From Paludibacteraceae bacterium (GTDB lineage: Bacteria > Bacteroidota > Bacteroidia > Bacteroidales > Paludibacteraceae): a stretch of DNA of 64,000 nt. A model generated the notes under the pieces. That model was not told where the DNA came from, searched no databases, and saw only the letters and a list, made by a program, of their open reading frames with translations. This document shows positions 37,874 to 46,383 of this stretch, piece after piece. The position numbers and the translations under genes were made by a program. The DNA lies in contig JAFYSF010000025.1 in the NCBI GenBank assembly GCA_017559505.1, positions 20,637 through 84,636 of the forward strand, read 5' to 3'. Every line of letters starts with the position of its first letter. Within the stretch, counting starts at the first letter, position 1.

Positions 37874-39210
37874 TGCTTAAACGTAAGATTGACAACTTTT
37901 TGGCAGAATGGAAGCAAAAAAAGGATAAAAAACCTCTTATAGTAAAAGGAGCTCGTCAAATAGGCAAAACTGCGTCTATTGAACATTTTGCTAAAAATAA
38001 TTATGTCCATATTGTAGAAATAAACTTTGCATTACAACCAAAGTTCAAGCGTATTTTTGATGATGGTTTTGAAGTTGATATAATACTTAAGAATATTTCG
38101 AGAATAGATCCATCTTTAGTTTTTTCTCCCGGCGAAACATTATTATTTTTTGATGAGTTACAAGATTGTCCAAATTGCGCTACAAGTTTGAAGTCGTTTA
38201 AATTGGATGGTCGTTATGATGTCATATGTTCTGGCTCGTTGATGGGACTTTATTATCAACAAATAGAATCTAATAGTGTAGGTTATAAAGAAGATTATGA
38301 AATGTATTCTCTTGATTTCGAGGAATTTTTGTGGGCTAGTGGTTATGGAGATGATTTTATTGATGAACTATATGATAGTATGATTAATCTACAACCTCTA
38401 TCATCAATTACATTTGATGTTTTGAGTTCGATTTTTCGTGATTATATGATTATTGGAGGTATGCCTGAGGTGGTTAATCGTTATGCTGAAACTAAACAAT
38501 TTTCAGGAACACTTCAATTACAGCAACAACTTTTACGAGATTATGAAGAGGATATAACAAAGTATGCATCTGGATTTGATAAAGCAAAAGTATTAGCAGT
38601 TTATCGTCATATATCTACATTTCTTGCACAAGAGAATAAAAAATTTCAGGTAACCAAGATTGCACGTGGAGCTCGTAATCGCGAATATATGGGAGCGGTA
38701 GAGTGGTTGTCTAATGCAGGGATTGTAAATGTTTGCTATTGCATAGCTACATTAGAATTACCTCTGAAAGGTAATTACGACCCAAAACAATATAAACTTT
38801 ATTATGGTGATACTGGATTGTTGATTGCTTCGCTTGACGATGAAGCACAAGATGATTTACGTTCGAATAATAACTTTGGAACATATAAGGGCGCAATTTA
38901 TGAAAATATAGTCGCTGATATGTTGGTCAAGCAGGGTTATGATTTGTATTATTATAACAACAATTCTCCAAGTTTAGAAATGGATTTTTTTGTGAGAGAT
39001 ACTAATTCGCTTATACCTATTGAAGTTAAAGCAAATAATAATGCAACAGTTTCACTTAATCGCTTAATTGATAGTGATGCAAATAAATATTCTGACATTC
39101 GCTATGGCATAAAACTTTGTAATAACAATATAGGTTTTAATGGTAAATTTTATACTTTTCCTTACTCTTTGACCTTTTTGCTTAAGCGTTTTCTTAAAAA
39201 CAAAAAATAA
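37873..39210 (+). CDS. AAA_14 ATPase with C-terminal DUF4143 (PD-(D/E)xK-like) domain
   Basis: 445 aa from MLKRKIDNF. Walker A is GARQIGKT and Walker B is LLFFDELQ. The C-terminal EMDFFV...IPIEVKA is a nuclease-like D..E.K motif. Confidence 0.8.
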   Translation: MLKRKIDNFLAEWKQKKDKKPLIVKGARQIGKTASIEHFAKNNYVHIVEINFALQPKFKRIFDDGFEVDIILKNISRIDPSLVFSPGETLLFFDELQDCPNCATSLKSFKLDGRYDVICSGSLMGLYYQQIESNSVGYKEDYEMYSLDFEEFLWASGYGDDFIDELYDSMINLQPLSSITFDVLSSIFRDYMIIGGMPEVVNRYAETKQFSGTLQLQQQLLRDYEEDITKYASGFDKAKVLAVYRHISTFLAQENKKFQVTKIARGARNREYMGAVEWLSNAGIVNVCYCIATLELPLKGNYDPKQYKLYYGDTGLLIASLDDEAQDDLRSNNNFGTYKGAIYENIVADMLVKQGYDLYYYNNNSPSLEMDFFVRDTNSLIPIEVKANNNATVSLNRLIDSDANKYSDIRYGIKLCNNNIGFNGKFYTFPYSLTFLLKRFLKNKK

Positions 39211-39217
39211 ATAATTC

Positions 39218-39263
39218 AAAAAAATCTCCATTCGCATTATTATTGCCGAATGGAGATTTTTTT
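39218..39263 (+). terminator. terminator hairpin, cassette copy 3
   Basis: Perfect 14-bp stem aaaatctccattcg/cgaatggagatttt with a 12-nt loop. Confidence 0.75.
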
Positions 39264-39264
39264 A

Positions 39265-39272
39265 TACCTTTG
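39265..39272 (+). promoter_or_regulatory. candidate -7 box TACCTTTG, fused to the preceding terminator
   Basis: 37 nt upstream of the ATG at 39309. Confidence 0.5.
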
Positions 39273-39308
39273 CGTTCAGAAATACTAATTTTTAAATCTA
39301 ATTTAGTT

Positions 39309-40382
39309 ATGAAAATCATTAATGTTGATGCACCTAAGCATCTTTTAAAAAAAATTGAACACAACAGAATTTATGATTTTATTCTTGATGTAGTTCGACC
39401 ATTAGAGTGTTGTTATTACGAACATTTTTCTCGTCATAGCTACCCATTATCTCATTATCATCACTATCACTCATGTCATTTTAATGCTTATGAAAGCATA
39501 GCAATTCTGTTACATACAATGCCGATTTTTCTTCGTGATTCAGCATCTCGAAGCCGTGATGATAATGCTATTATTGACCCATTGGGTGCATATTTTTCTA
39601 ACCGAAAAAGTGATAGTGCGTACATTGAGTTGTATTTGTCTAACATTGATGATGAGGCTAAAAATGATGAACATTTTAAATGGTTATTCACAAAAGTTTT
39701 AATACACGAGTTGGCTCATGCTACTATGGATGTTTGGGATGAAAAAGTGTCTTATCATACTGAATTTGGTAGATGGCGTGAAGAATCAATGGCAAATGCT
39801 ATAGCCCTTAGAATAATAAAAGAATATGCTGACCAAGATTTCTATGATTATGCTAAAATATTTATGCAATCACAACCTGCAGAATATGCACTCGGTGTAT
39901 TGATGGTAGATTTAGAATATTGGGATTTTAGTGATGTTGTACGTTCTAAATATCATGGGGTTAATCTTGATTTACAAAAAGAATGGCTTAATTATGTAAA
40001 AGGATCTCCAAATTTGGATGGATTAAAAACATGGAATGATTTATTATCTAGAGCTGATGTATATTATTTCCAATGTAAATATTATACTTCAGAAGAAGAT
40101 CTTGTATATGATATTGTAAACGAGGTTCTTTCTGATTATGAAGCTAACAATGGAGAAAATATGGATTATGCGAAATTTAGTTCTTTATTCCCTTGTATCG
40201 AAATGAGTGAAGACGAAATGTCGTATGAACCAGCTAACAAAGTAGAAGGTAATGATAGTTATGAAACCAAAATAGAACTAAAAGACGGTGATTATTATTT
40301 ATATGACTGTTGGACTAACAAAGAACTTCATGAGTTTATAAAAAATGTAAAAGTAGATTTAAAAGAGTTTACTAATTGGTAG
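39309..40382 (+). CDS. hypothetical protein with HExxH zinc-metallopeptidase motif
   Basis: 357 aa from MKIINVDAPK (the ORF-track start lies inside the terminator). VLIHELAHATMD is followed by EESMANA ~24 aa downstream (gluzincin-like spacing). The N-terminus has a Cys/His-rich patch CCYYEHFSRHSYPLSHYHHYHSCH. Confidence 0.5.
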   Translation: MKIINVDAPKHLLKKIEHNRIYDFILDVVRPLECCYYEHFSRHSYPLSHYHHYHSCHFNAYESIAILLHTMPIFLRDSASRSRDDNAIIDPLGAYFSNRKSDSAYIELYLSNIDDEAKNDEHFKWLFTKVLIHELAHATMDVWDEKVSYHTEFGRWREESMANAIALRIIKEYADQDFYDYAKIFMQSQPAEYALGVLMVDLEYWDFSDVVRSKYHGVNLDLQKEWLNYVKGSPNLDGLKTWNDLLSRADVYYFQCKYYTSEEDLVYDIVNEVLSDYEANNGENMDYAKFSSLFPCIEMSEDEMSYEPANKVEGNDSYETKIELKDGDYYLYDCWTNKELHEFIKNVKVDLKEFTNW

Positions 40383-40459
40383 TTTCTGCTCAATGTGGAT
40401 AATAAAACATACAAAGTTGCAATGTAATTTTAACCCTATATAAATACCATCGTTGCTAT

Positions 40460-40558
40460 GTGTCAGTCTTCTTCGATGAAGGTTGCTTGAAGGTTGCTTA
40501 CAGATAAGGAAAGGTTTTATCTTATCCATCAGCAAAGTACAAGCAACCTTTAAGCAAG
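40460..40558 (+). repeat. copy 3 of the GTGTCAGTCTTC... element core, extended into a long hairpin
   Basis: The core is followed by a 15-bp stem (40485-40499 with 40541-55, one G-U pair) that encloses an inner gataag/cttatc hairpin. Confidence 0.8.
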
Positions 40559-40917
40559 AAAACAGCCATCTTTACACCCTACATTTACAAAGTCTGCAAA
40601 ACAAATAAAATCCACTTGACCAAGTTTATTTTCCTAAAAAATAGACAATTTTTCTACTTTTTTCCTAAATAAATAGACGAACTTTGCAATTGCAAAGTTG
40701 CAAAGTTAATCTAAAGTTCTGATTATTAAAGCTAAAGCCTCTTTGCATTGTAATCAATCCTAATAAATATTTAGCATGTAACTCAAAGAATACCACCGTG
40801 TTGTCTTAATTTTATAAACTTTGTAAACTTTGCAACTCCTTATAAGCAAAAAATCTTATGTTAATATCTTGTTAATATTTTTAATAAAAAACAGCGTGGA
40901 ACATTCGAAAAAAAATG

Positions 40918-40925
40918 CTACTTTT
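40918..40925 (+). promoter_or_regulatory. candidate -7 box TACTTTTG
   Basis: 47 nt upstream of the ATG at 40972. Confidence 0.45.
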
Positions 40926-40971
40926 GTATTTTATTTGCATGGGGTTCTATGTAAATACTAAATGAGTAATT

Positions 40972-42003
40972 ATGAGAGTGTTGATAACTTGTTTTTCGTC
41001 TATTAGCAATGTTGCTGCAATTGTTCCACAGCTTTATGGACTTGTGAATGACTATCCTCAGCACGAATTTGTTGTGCTAAGCCGTAGTTTTTTGAAGCCA
41101 TTGTTCGACAAATTGCCACGTGTGACTTTTGTCGGTGCTGACATTCGTGGCGAGCATAAAACAATCGTTGGGGTATATCAGTTATTCAAACAATTAAAGG
41201 CTATGAGGCCAGATGTTGTATTAGACATGCAACGCTCGTGGCGCACGAAGTTGATAACTCGCCTTTTTACATTGTTAGGTACTAAAACTTTACAAATTGG
41301 ATTTGCTCGAAGCGAACAAAAACATTTGATTAAACAAGGAGCAAACAAGTATCACCCAATTCCTACAATATTCGACCGCCAAGCACGTTTATATGCTAAA
41401 ATAGGGCTGAAAGTAAACGATGATTTCCATAAACTCTATGACCCAAACATGGAGCAAGTGGCAAAAATCAAAGAATTGTATGGGGAGAAACTTGGACATT
41501 GGATTGGCATTGCTCCATTCTCGATTGCAAGAGGTAAAACATTGCCACTCCGCAAGATGAAGAATGTTATTGCTCATTTTGACAAGCAACCAAATACAAA
41601 AATTTTCTTGTTCGGCGCAGGAGAAATGGAGAACGAGTTGCTCTCTGATTGGCAATCGCTCTACAACAATGTTTATGCGGTGCATACAAATTTGAAACTT
41701 GACGATGAATTGATATTGATGAATTTTTTGGATGTTATGTTGTGTATGGACTCGGCTAATATGCACTTAGCGTCGTTGATGGCTGTACCTGTGGTGAGTG
41801 TTTGGGGCGCAACGCATCCTTATTCGGGATTTCTTGGATGGAAACAGTCTGTGGATAATTGCGTAGGAGTAGATTTTTCGTGCCGACCTTGTACGGCTCA
41901 TTCCGACAAGAAATGTAAATATGGCGACTATCGTTGCCTCGAAAGTCTCCATTCAAGCAAAATAATAGAAATAATTAATCAATGCATAATGCACAATGCA
42001 TAA
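40972..42003 (+). CDS. glycosyltransferase family 9 (heptosyltransferase-like)
   Basis: 343 aa with a two-Rossmann GT-B layout. Its size and motifs resemble LPS heptosyltransferase-type proteins. The C-terminus (QCIMHNA) is encoded by a heptamer array. Confidence 0.6.
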   Translation: MRVLITCFSSISNVAAIVPQLYGLVNDYPQHEFVVLSRSFLKPLFDKLPRVTFVGADIRGEHKTIVGVYQLFKQLKAMRPDVVLDMQRSWRTKLITRLFTLLGTKTLQIGFARSEQKHLIKQGANKYHPIPTIFDRQARLYAKIGLKVNDDFHKLYDPNMEQVAKIKELYGEKLGHWIGIAPFSIARGKTLPLRKMKNVIAHFDKQPNTKIFLFGAGEMENELLSDWQSLYNNVYAVHTNLKLDDELILMNFLDVMLCMDSANMHLASLMAVPVVSVWGATHPYSGFLGWKQSVDNCVGVDFSCRPCTAHSDKKCKYGDYRCLESLHSSKIIEIINQCIMHNA

Positions 42004-42015
42004 TGCACAATTGCC
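41981..42015. repeat. tandem heptamer array AATGCAY x5
   Basis: aatgcat aatgcac aatgcat aatgcac aattgcc. Confidence 0.9.
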
Positions 42016-42054
42016 ATTCGGTATTTGTTTAATTAATAATAAAAAGATAATTAA

Positions 42055-42089
42055 GATTATGCATTGTGCATTTAGCATTGTGCATTGAA
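42055..42089. repeat. tandem heptamer array CATTGTG-type x5, inverted relative to 41981-42015
   Basis: gattatg cattgtg catttag cattgtg cattgaa. Confidence 0.9.
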
Positions 42090-42098
42090 ATAAGAATT

Positions 42099-42860
42099 AT
42101 GGGAAAAATTATAGCAATAGCAAATCAAAAAGGTGGTGTAGGTAAGACAACCACAAGTATAAATCTTTCGGCATCGTTGGCTCGTGAAGGCAAAACTGTG
42201 TTGCTCATTGATGCTGACCCTCAGGCAAATGCTTCATCGGGTTTGGGTGTTGACGTGAAAGATTTGAAAACAACGGTTTACGAGTGTATGATTGGCGAAG
42301 TGAAAGTGGCTGATGCCACTTTTGACACTGAAATCGAGGGGCTAAAAATTGTACCTTCGCATATCGACCTTGTAGGTGCTGAAATAGAGATGCTTAATCT
42401 CGACAATCGTGAGAAATGTATGCGTAATATGTTGGTGACAGAAAAAAGCAAATATGATTATATCATTATTGACTGCTCGCCATCGTTGGGGCTTATTACA
42501 GTAAATGCCCTTACAGCTGCCGATTCGGTTATCATACCTGTGCAATGCGAATATTTTGCACTTGAGGGTATTGGTAAGTTGTTGAATACCATTAAAATTA
42601 TCAAAAGCGGACTCAATCCTGCACTTAACATAGAAGGCTTCTTGCTCACTATGTTCGATGCTCGTCTTCGCTATGCTAATCAAGTAGCTGAAGAGGTGCG
42701 TAAACACTTCGGCGATATGGTATTCAAAACCTCTATTCAACGTAATGTGAAATTGTCAGAAGCAACATCGTATGGTCAGCCTGCGATTGTGTATGACCCT
42801 GATTCGCGTGGCGCACAAAATCACATTGAACTTGCTAAAGAATTGATTAACAAGAATTAA
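42099..42860 (+). CDS. parA: chromosome partitioning ATPase ParA/Soj
   Basis: Start at MGKIIAIANQKGGVGKTTT (ATG 42099), which contains the deviant Walker A motif. Confidence 0.9.
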   Translation: MGKIIAIANQKGGVGKTTTSINLSASLAREGKTVLLIDADPQANASSGLGVDVKDLKTTVYECMIGEVKVADATFDTEIEGLKIVPSHIDLVGAEIEMLNLDNREKCMRNMLVTEKSKYDYIIIDCSPSLGLITVNALTAADSVIIPVQCEYFALEGIGKLLNTIKIIKSGLNPALNIEGFLLTMFDARLRYANQVAEEVRKHFGDMVFKTSIQRNVKLSEATSYGQPAIVYDPDSRGAQNHIELAKELINKN

Positions 42861-42985
42861 ATATTTCCTACAAATAACACAAATATTCACAAATTTATAA
42901 TTTATTTGTGGGGATAAAGGATGGTAAATAAAATATTAAGAGCGAGCAGTATATCTATCGCTACTCGCAACTAAATGTCTATTAT

Positions 42986-43858
42986 ATGAAAAAACAAGTT
43001 TTAGGTCGTGGACTCAGTGCTTTGATTGAAACAGAGCCAGTGGCAGCAGTGGGTTCTACTATATTTAATGAAATAGAAATCAGCAAAATATATCCAAATC
43101 CTAATCAGCCTCGTACTGATTTTGATGACGACGCTTTAGAGGAATTAGCTACATCGATTCGAGCAAATGGCATCATTAGCCCTATTACTTTACGTAAAAT
43201 TTCTGATGACAACTACCAAATTATAGCTGGTGAACGTCGTTATCGTGCATCTAAAATGGTGGGATTAGATAAAATTCCAGCTTATATTCGTGATGTTGAT
43301 GATGGTCAAGTCATGGAAATGGCTCTTATCGAAAACATCCAACGCGAAGACTTAAATGCAATAGAAATTGCGTTGAGCTACAACAGTCTTGTGGCTACAC
43401 TCAATCTCACACAAGAAGCATTGGCAGAGCGTGTTGGCAAAAAACGTGCAACTATTACCAACTATCTTCGTCTTCTCAAACTCCCTGCAGAAATTCAAAT
43501 GGGATTGAAAAACAAAAAGATAGATATGGGTCATGCGCGTGCGCTTGTCAGTGTCGAAAATCCTGAGGTATTGCTAAATATCTATGCTCAAGTGCTTGCC
43601 GAAGGTGCATCTGTGCGTCGCACCGAAGAGTTAGTACGTTTGGCATCAACTAACGAAATTGTAGAAAAACCCCTCAAAAAAGAAAAACAACACACTTTCA
43701 TCCCAGAAGAATATGAAGCACTTTGCAAAGAATTAAACGATAAATTCAATGCTAAAGTAAAACTTTCGTACAACGAAAAAGGCAAAGGCAAAGTAACAAT
43801 TCCTTTCGATTCTGACGACGATTTGATGCGCCTAATGTCATTGTTCGACAAAATATAA
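42986..43858 (+). CDS. parB: chromosome partitioning protein ParB/Spo0J
   Basis: 290 aa with PNPNQPRTDFD, the IIAGERRYRA arginine patch and an HTH region. Confidence 0.9.
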   Translation: MKKQVLGRGLSALIETEPVAAVGSTIFNEIEISKIYPNPNQPRTDFDDDALEELATSIRANGIISPITLRKISDDNYQIIAGERRYRASKMVGLDKIPAYIRDVDDGQVMEMALIENIQREDLNAIEIALSYNSLVATLNLTQEALAERVGKKRATITNYLRLLKLPAEIQMGLKNKKIDMGHARALVSVENPEVLLNIYAQVLAEGASVRRTEELVRLASTNEIVEKPLKKEKQHTFIPEEYEALCKELNDKFNAKVKLSYNEKGKGKVTIPFDSDDDLMRLMSLFDKI

Positions 43859-43866
43859 GACTTAAA

Positions 43867-44598
43867 ATGCTGAATTGTTGCAAATTGTATATATTACTAT
43901 TTTTTGTGTTTGTAGCAGGTTTGCTACAAGCACAGTCCGACAATTCACAACTATTATCCGACACGACACTGTTTTCTACTCAATCAACATTAATCTCTAA
44001 CTCTCAATTCTCAACCCTAAATTCACAGTTAGAGATACAAAATGTAGAATCACTACAAAAAGATTCTCTTCGTTTAGCTAAACAAATGCGTCGAGAGCAA
44101 CGAGCATTAGCTCAAGCTAATTTCAAACCCGACCCAAACAAGAGCCTTTGGTTAGGACTAACTTTTCCTGGTGCTGGTCAAATTTATAATCGTAAATATT
44201 GGAAACTACCGATAATATATGGTGGTGCAATGGGCGTAGCATATGCGGTTTCCTATTATGGTGGGCATTACAACGACTATATGAAAGGATATCGCGATTA
44301 TTTAGATTCTGACCCTAATACAAATTATCATCTTCAATTAATACCTCAAGGCTATCCCGAGTCAAGTGCTGGAAATTATGTAAAAAATCGTGTAAACTCA
44401 TATCGACGTTATCGAGATATATTCATTGTAGTTGGCGTAGCAGTATATGCCTTATCTGTGATAGATGCCTATGTCGATGCCCAATTAGCTGATTTTGACA
44501 TTAGTACAGACTTATCTATGAAAGTACGCCCTAAATTAGATGTAGAACAACATACAGGCACTCCAACAGCTGCTTGTCAAATGCAAATTTATTTTTAA
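43867..44598 (+). CDS. DUF5683 domain protein
   Basis: 243 aa with LGLTFPGAGQIYNRKYWKLPIIYGG. The usual Bacteroidota neighbour downstream of parB. Confidence 0.7.
   Translation: MLNCCKLYILLFFVFVAGLLQAQSDNSQLLSDTTLFSTQSTLISNSQFSTLNSQLEIQNVESLQKDSLRLAKQMRREQRALAQANFKPDPNKSLWLGLTFPGAGQIYNRKYWKLPIIYGGAMGVAYAVSYYGGHYNDYMKGYRDYLDSDPNTNYHLQLIPQGYPESSAGNYVKNRVNSYRRYRDIFIVVGVAVYALSVIDAYVDAQLADFDISTDLSMKVRPKLDVEQHTGTPTAACQMQIYF
43993..44027. repeat. tandem heptamer array AYTCTCA-type x5 inside the DUF5683 gene
   Basis: atctcta actctca attctca accctaa attcaca. Encodes ISNSQFSTLNSQ. Confidence 0.85.
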
Positions 44599-44613
44599 CT
44601 AACACAAATTTTT

Positions 44614-45888
44614 ATGATGAAAAAAATCTTATATATAATACTCTCTTCCCTCTTGTCTATCAATGCTATAGCACAAGATTCTCTCTTCATTGAATCGGAT
44701 TCTATTCTCGCTATTTCAGATTCAACTCTCCTCTATCAAATAGACACAACTATTGATTTTCAATTAAATGCACAATATATTACCCCTCTGCCATTAGATA
44801 CTATACTTCACGACTATTTCATCGAAAAAGCCTTTCAAATAAATTGCGAACGCACTGATAGTGGAGCTGTATATTATTCCGACTCAGTGTATATAGCACG
44901 TCTACAATCACTACCTCATGTCATAGAAATGACTTATAATAAAATAGTTAAGTCATGTATCGAACGATATGCTCGTTGCCCTAAAGATGTAGGCTACATG
45001 CTCGGCATAGGCAATACCTATTACTTCCCATTGTTTGAAGAGGCTTTAGAGCGTCATAATCTACCCCTCGAACTCAAATATCTTCCTGTCATCGAGAGTG
45101 CCCTCAATGCAAAAGCAAAATCACCCGTAGGAGCTATGGGCTTGTGGCAATTCATGGTTGGTACAGGCAAAATCTATGGTCTTGAAGTGAATAGCATGGT
45201 CGACGAACGTCGCGACCCTCGTAAAGCTTCCGATGCAGCAGCTCGTTTTCTCGCTGATTTATACAAACTTTATGGCGACTGGCATCTTGTTATTGCAGCA
45301 TATAATTGTGGCCCAGGCAATGTTGCTAAAGCAATTCGCATATCTAATGGCAAACGCAATTTCTGGGAAATTTACCCATATCTCCCTCGCGAAACACGTA
45401 GCTATGTACCACTATTCATCGCAGCCAACTACATCATGAACTTCTACGAACATCATAATATGTGCCCAGCCACACCACTTTTCAATTATGCGACAGACAC
45501 AGTGATGATTTCAGATCGTGTTCACCTTCAGCAAATTGCCGAAAAAGTAAACATTCCATTAGACGAACTAAAATTCCTCAATCCTCAATATCGCTACGAC
45601 ATCATTCCTGGCAACATTAAGCCATACCCCCTTGTCGTACCTTTCGAACATATCAACTCGTATGCCCTCAATCGCGATAGCATTTTAGCACACAAACCTG
45701 AATTAGCTAAACGTGAAATAAAATTCGAACCATCTGAAGGTGAGGTCGTTTACTATAAAGTAAAAAGTGGAGATACTCTCGGTGGCATTGCAAAAAAATA
45801 TAAAGTTTCAGTCAAAAATCTCCAAAAATGGAATAAACTTAGCTCCACAACAATACATATAGGACAAAAACTTCGAATTTATAAGTAA
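44614..45888 (+). CDS. lytic transglycosylase (SLT domain) with C-terminal LysM
   Basis: 424 aa with the SLT motif IESALNAKAKSPVGAMGLWQF and the LysM segment YKVKSGDTLGGIAKKY. Confidence 0.8.
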   Translation: MMKKILYIILSSLLSINAIAQDSLFIESDSILAISDSTLLYQIDTTIDFQLNAQYITPLPLDTILHDYFIEKAFQINCERTDSGAVYYSDSVYIARLQSLPHVIEMTYNKIVKSCIERYARCPKDVGYMLGIGNTYYFPLFEEALERHNLPLELKYLPVIESALNAKAKSPVGAMGLWQFMVGTGKIYGLEVNSMVDERRDPRKASDAAARFLADLYKLYGDWHLVIAAYNCGPGNVAKAIRISNGKRNFWEIYPYLPRETRSYVPLFIAANYIMNFYEHHNMCPATPLFNYATDTVMISDRVHLQQIAEKVNIPLDELKFLNPQYRYDIIPGNIKPYPLVVPFEHINSYALNRDSILAHKPELAKREIKFEPSEGEVVYYKVKSGDTLGGIAKKYKVSVKNLQKWNKLSSTTIHIGQKLRIYK

Positions 45889-45959
45889 ATATTTATTAGA
45901 TGGTATAATATTTGTTAATTATAAGTTAGATTAAGAAAACTTTTTGAAGTTATAATCGT

Positions 45960-46316
45960 ATGAATGAAAAAAAATATTATTCTATAAAAGAAGTATCTGA
46001 AATGCTCAATTTGCCTCAATCCACTTTACGATTTTGGGAAAAAGAAATAGATATTCTTGAACCAAACAAATCAAAAGGAGGCACACGTCGCTATATACAA
46101 AAAGATATAGACCTTTTACAGCAAATTAAGTTCTTAGTAGAAGAACAACATCTAACCCTTGCAGGTGTCAATGAGCGTTTATCCAATCACCGCGAAGTAG
46201 ATGAAAAACGCATAAAAGTAATAGAAACTCTAAAGACAGTACGCAAAGAACTAATGGCAATACGCCTCGAACTAAACGAACATGAAGCCCTCGCTTCCGA
46301 AACTATAGTTGACTAA
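45960..46316 (+). CDS. MerR-family transcriptional regulator
   Basis: 118 aa with an N-terminal HTH (YYSIKEVSEMLNLPQSTLRFWEKE) and a C-terminal coiled coil. Confidence 0.75.
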   Translation: MNEKKYYSIKEVSEMLNLPQSTLRFWEKEIDILEPNKSKGGTRRYIQKDIDLLQQIKFLVEEQHLTLAGVNERLSNHREVDEKRIKVIETLKTVRKELMAIRLELNEHEALASETIVD

Positions 46317-46383
46317 CTTTTACCTTACTTCTCCATACCTTCTTCATAGGATAACCCTACCTTCAAAACAAATTCAACGCTAT

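Noticed and set aside
41988-42086. The inverted arrays considered as an invertible promoter (Bacteroidales-style inverton).
   Set aside because: No recombinase gene is in the window and no TAnnTTTG box lies in the 39-bp core. The arms are heptamer-array DNA of a type found at many other junctions without a partner.
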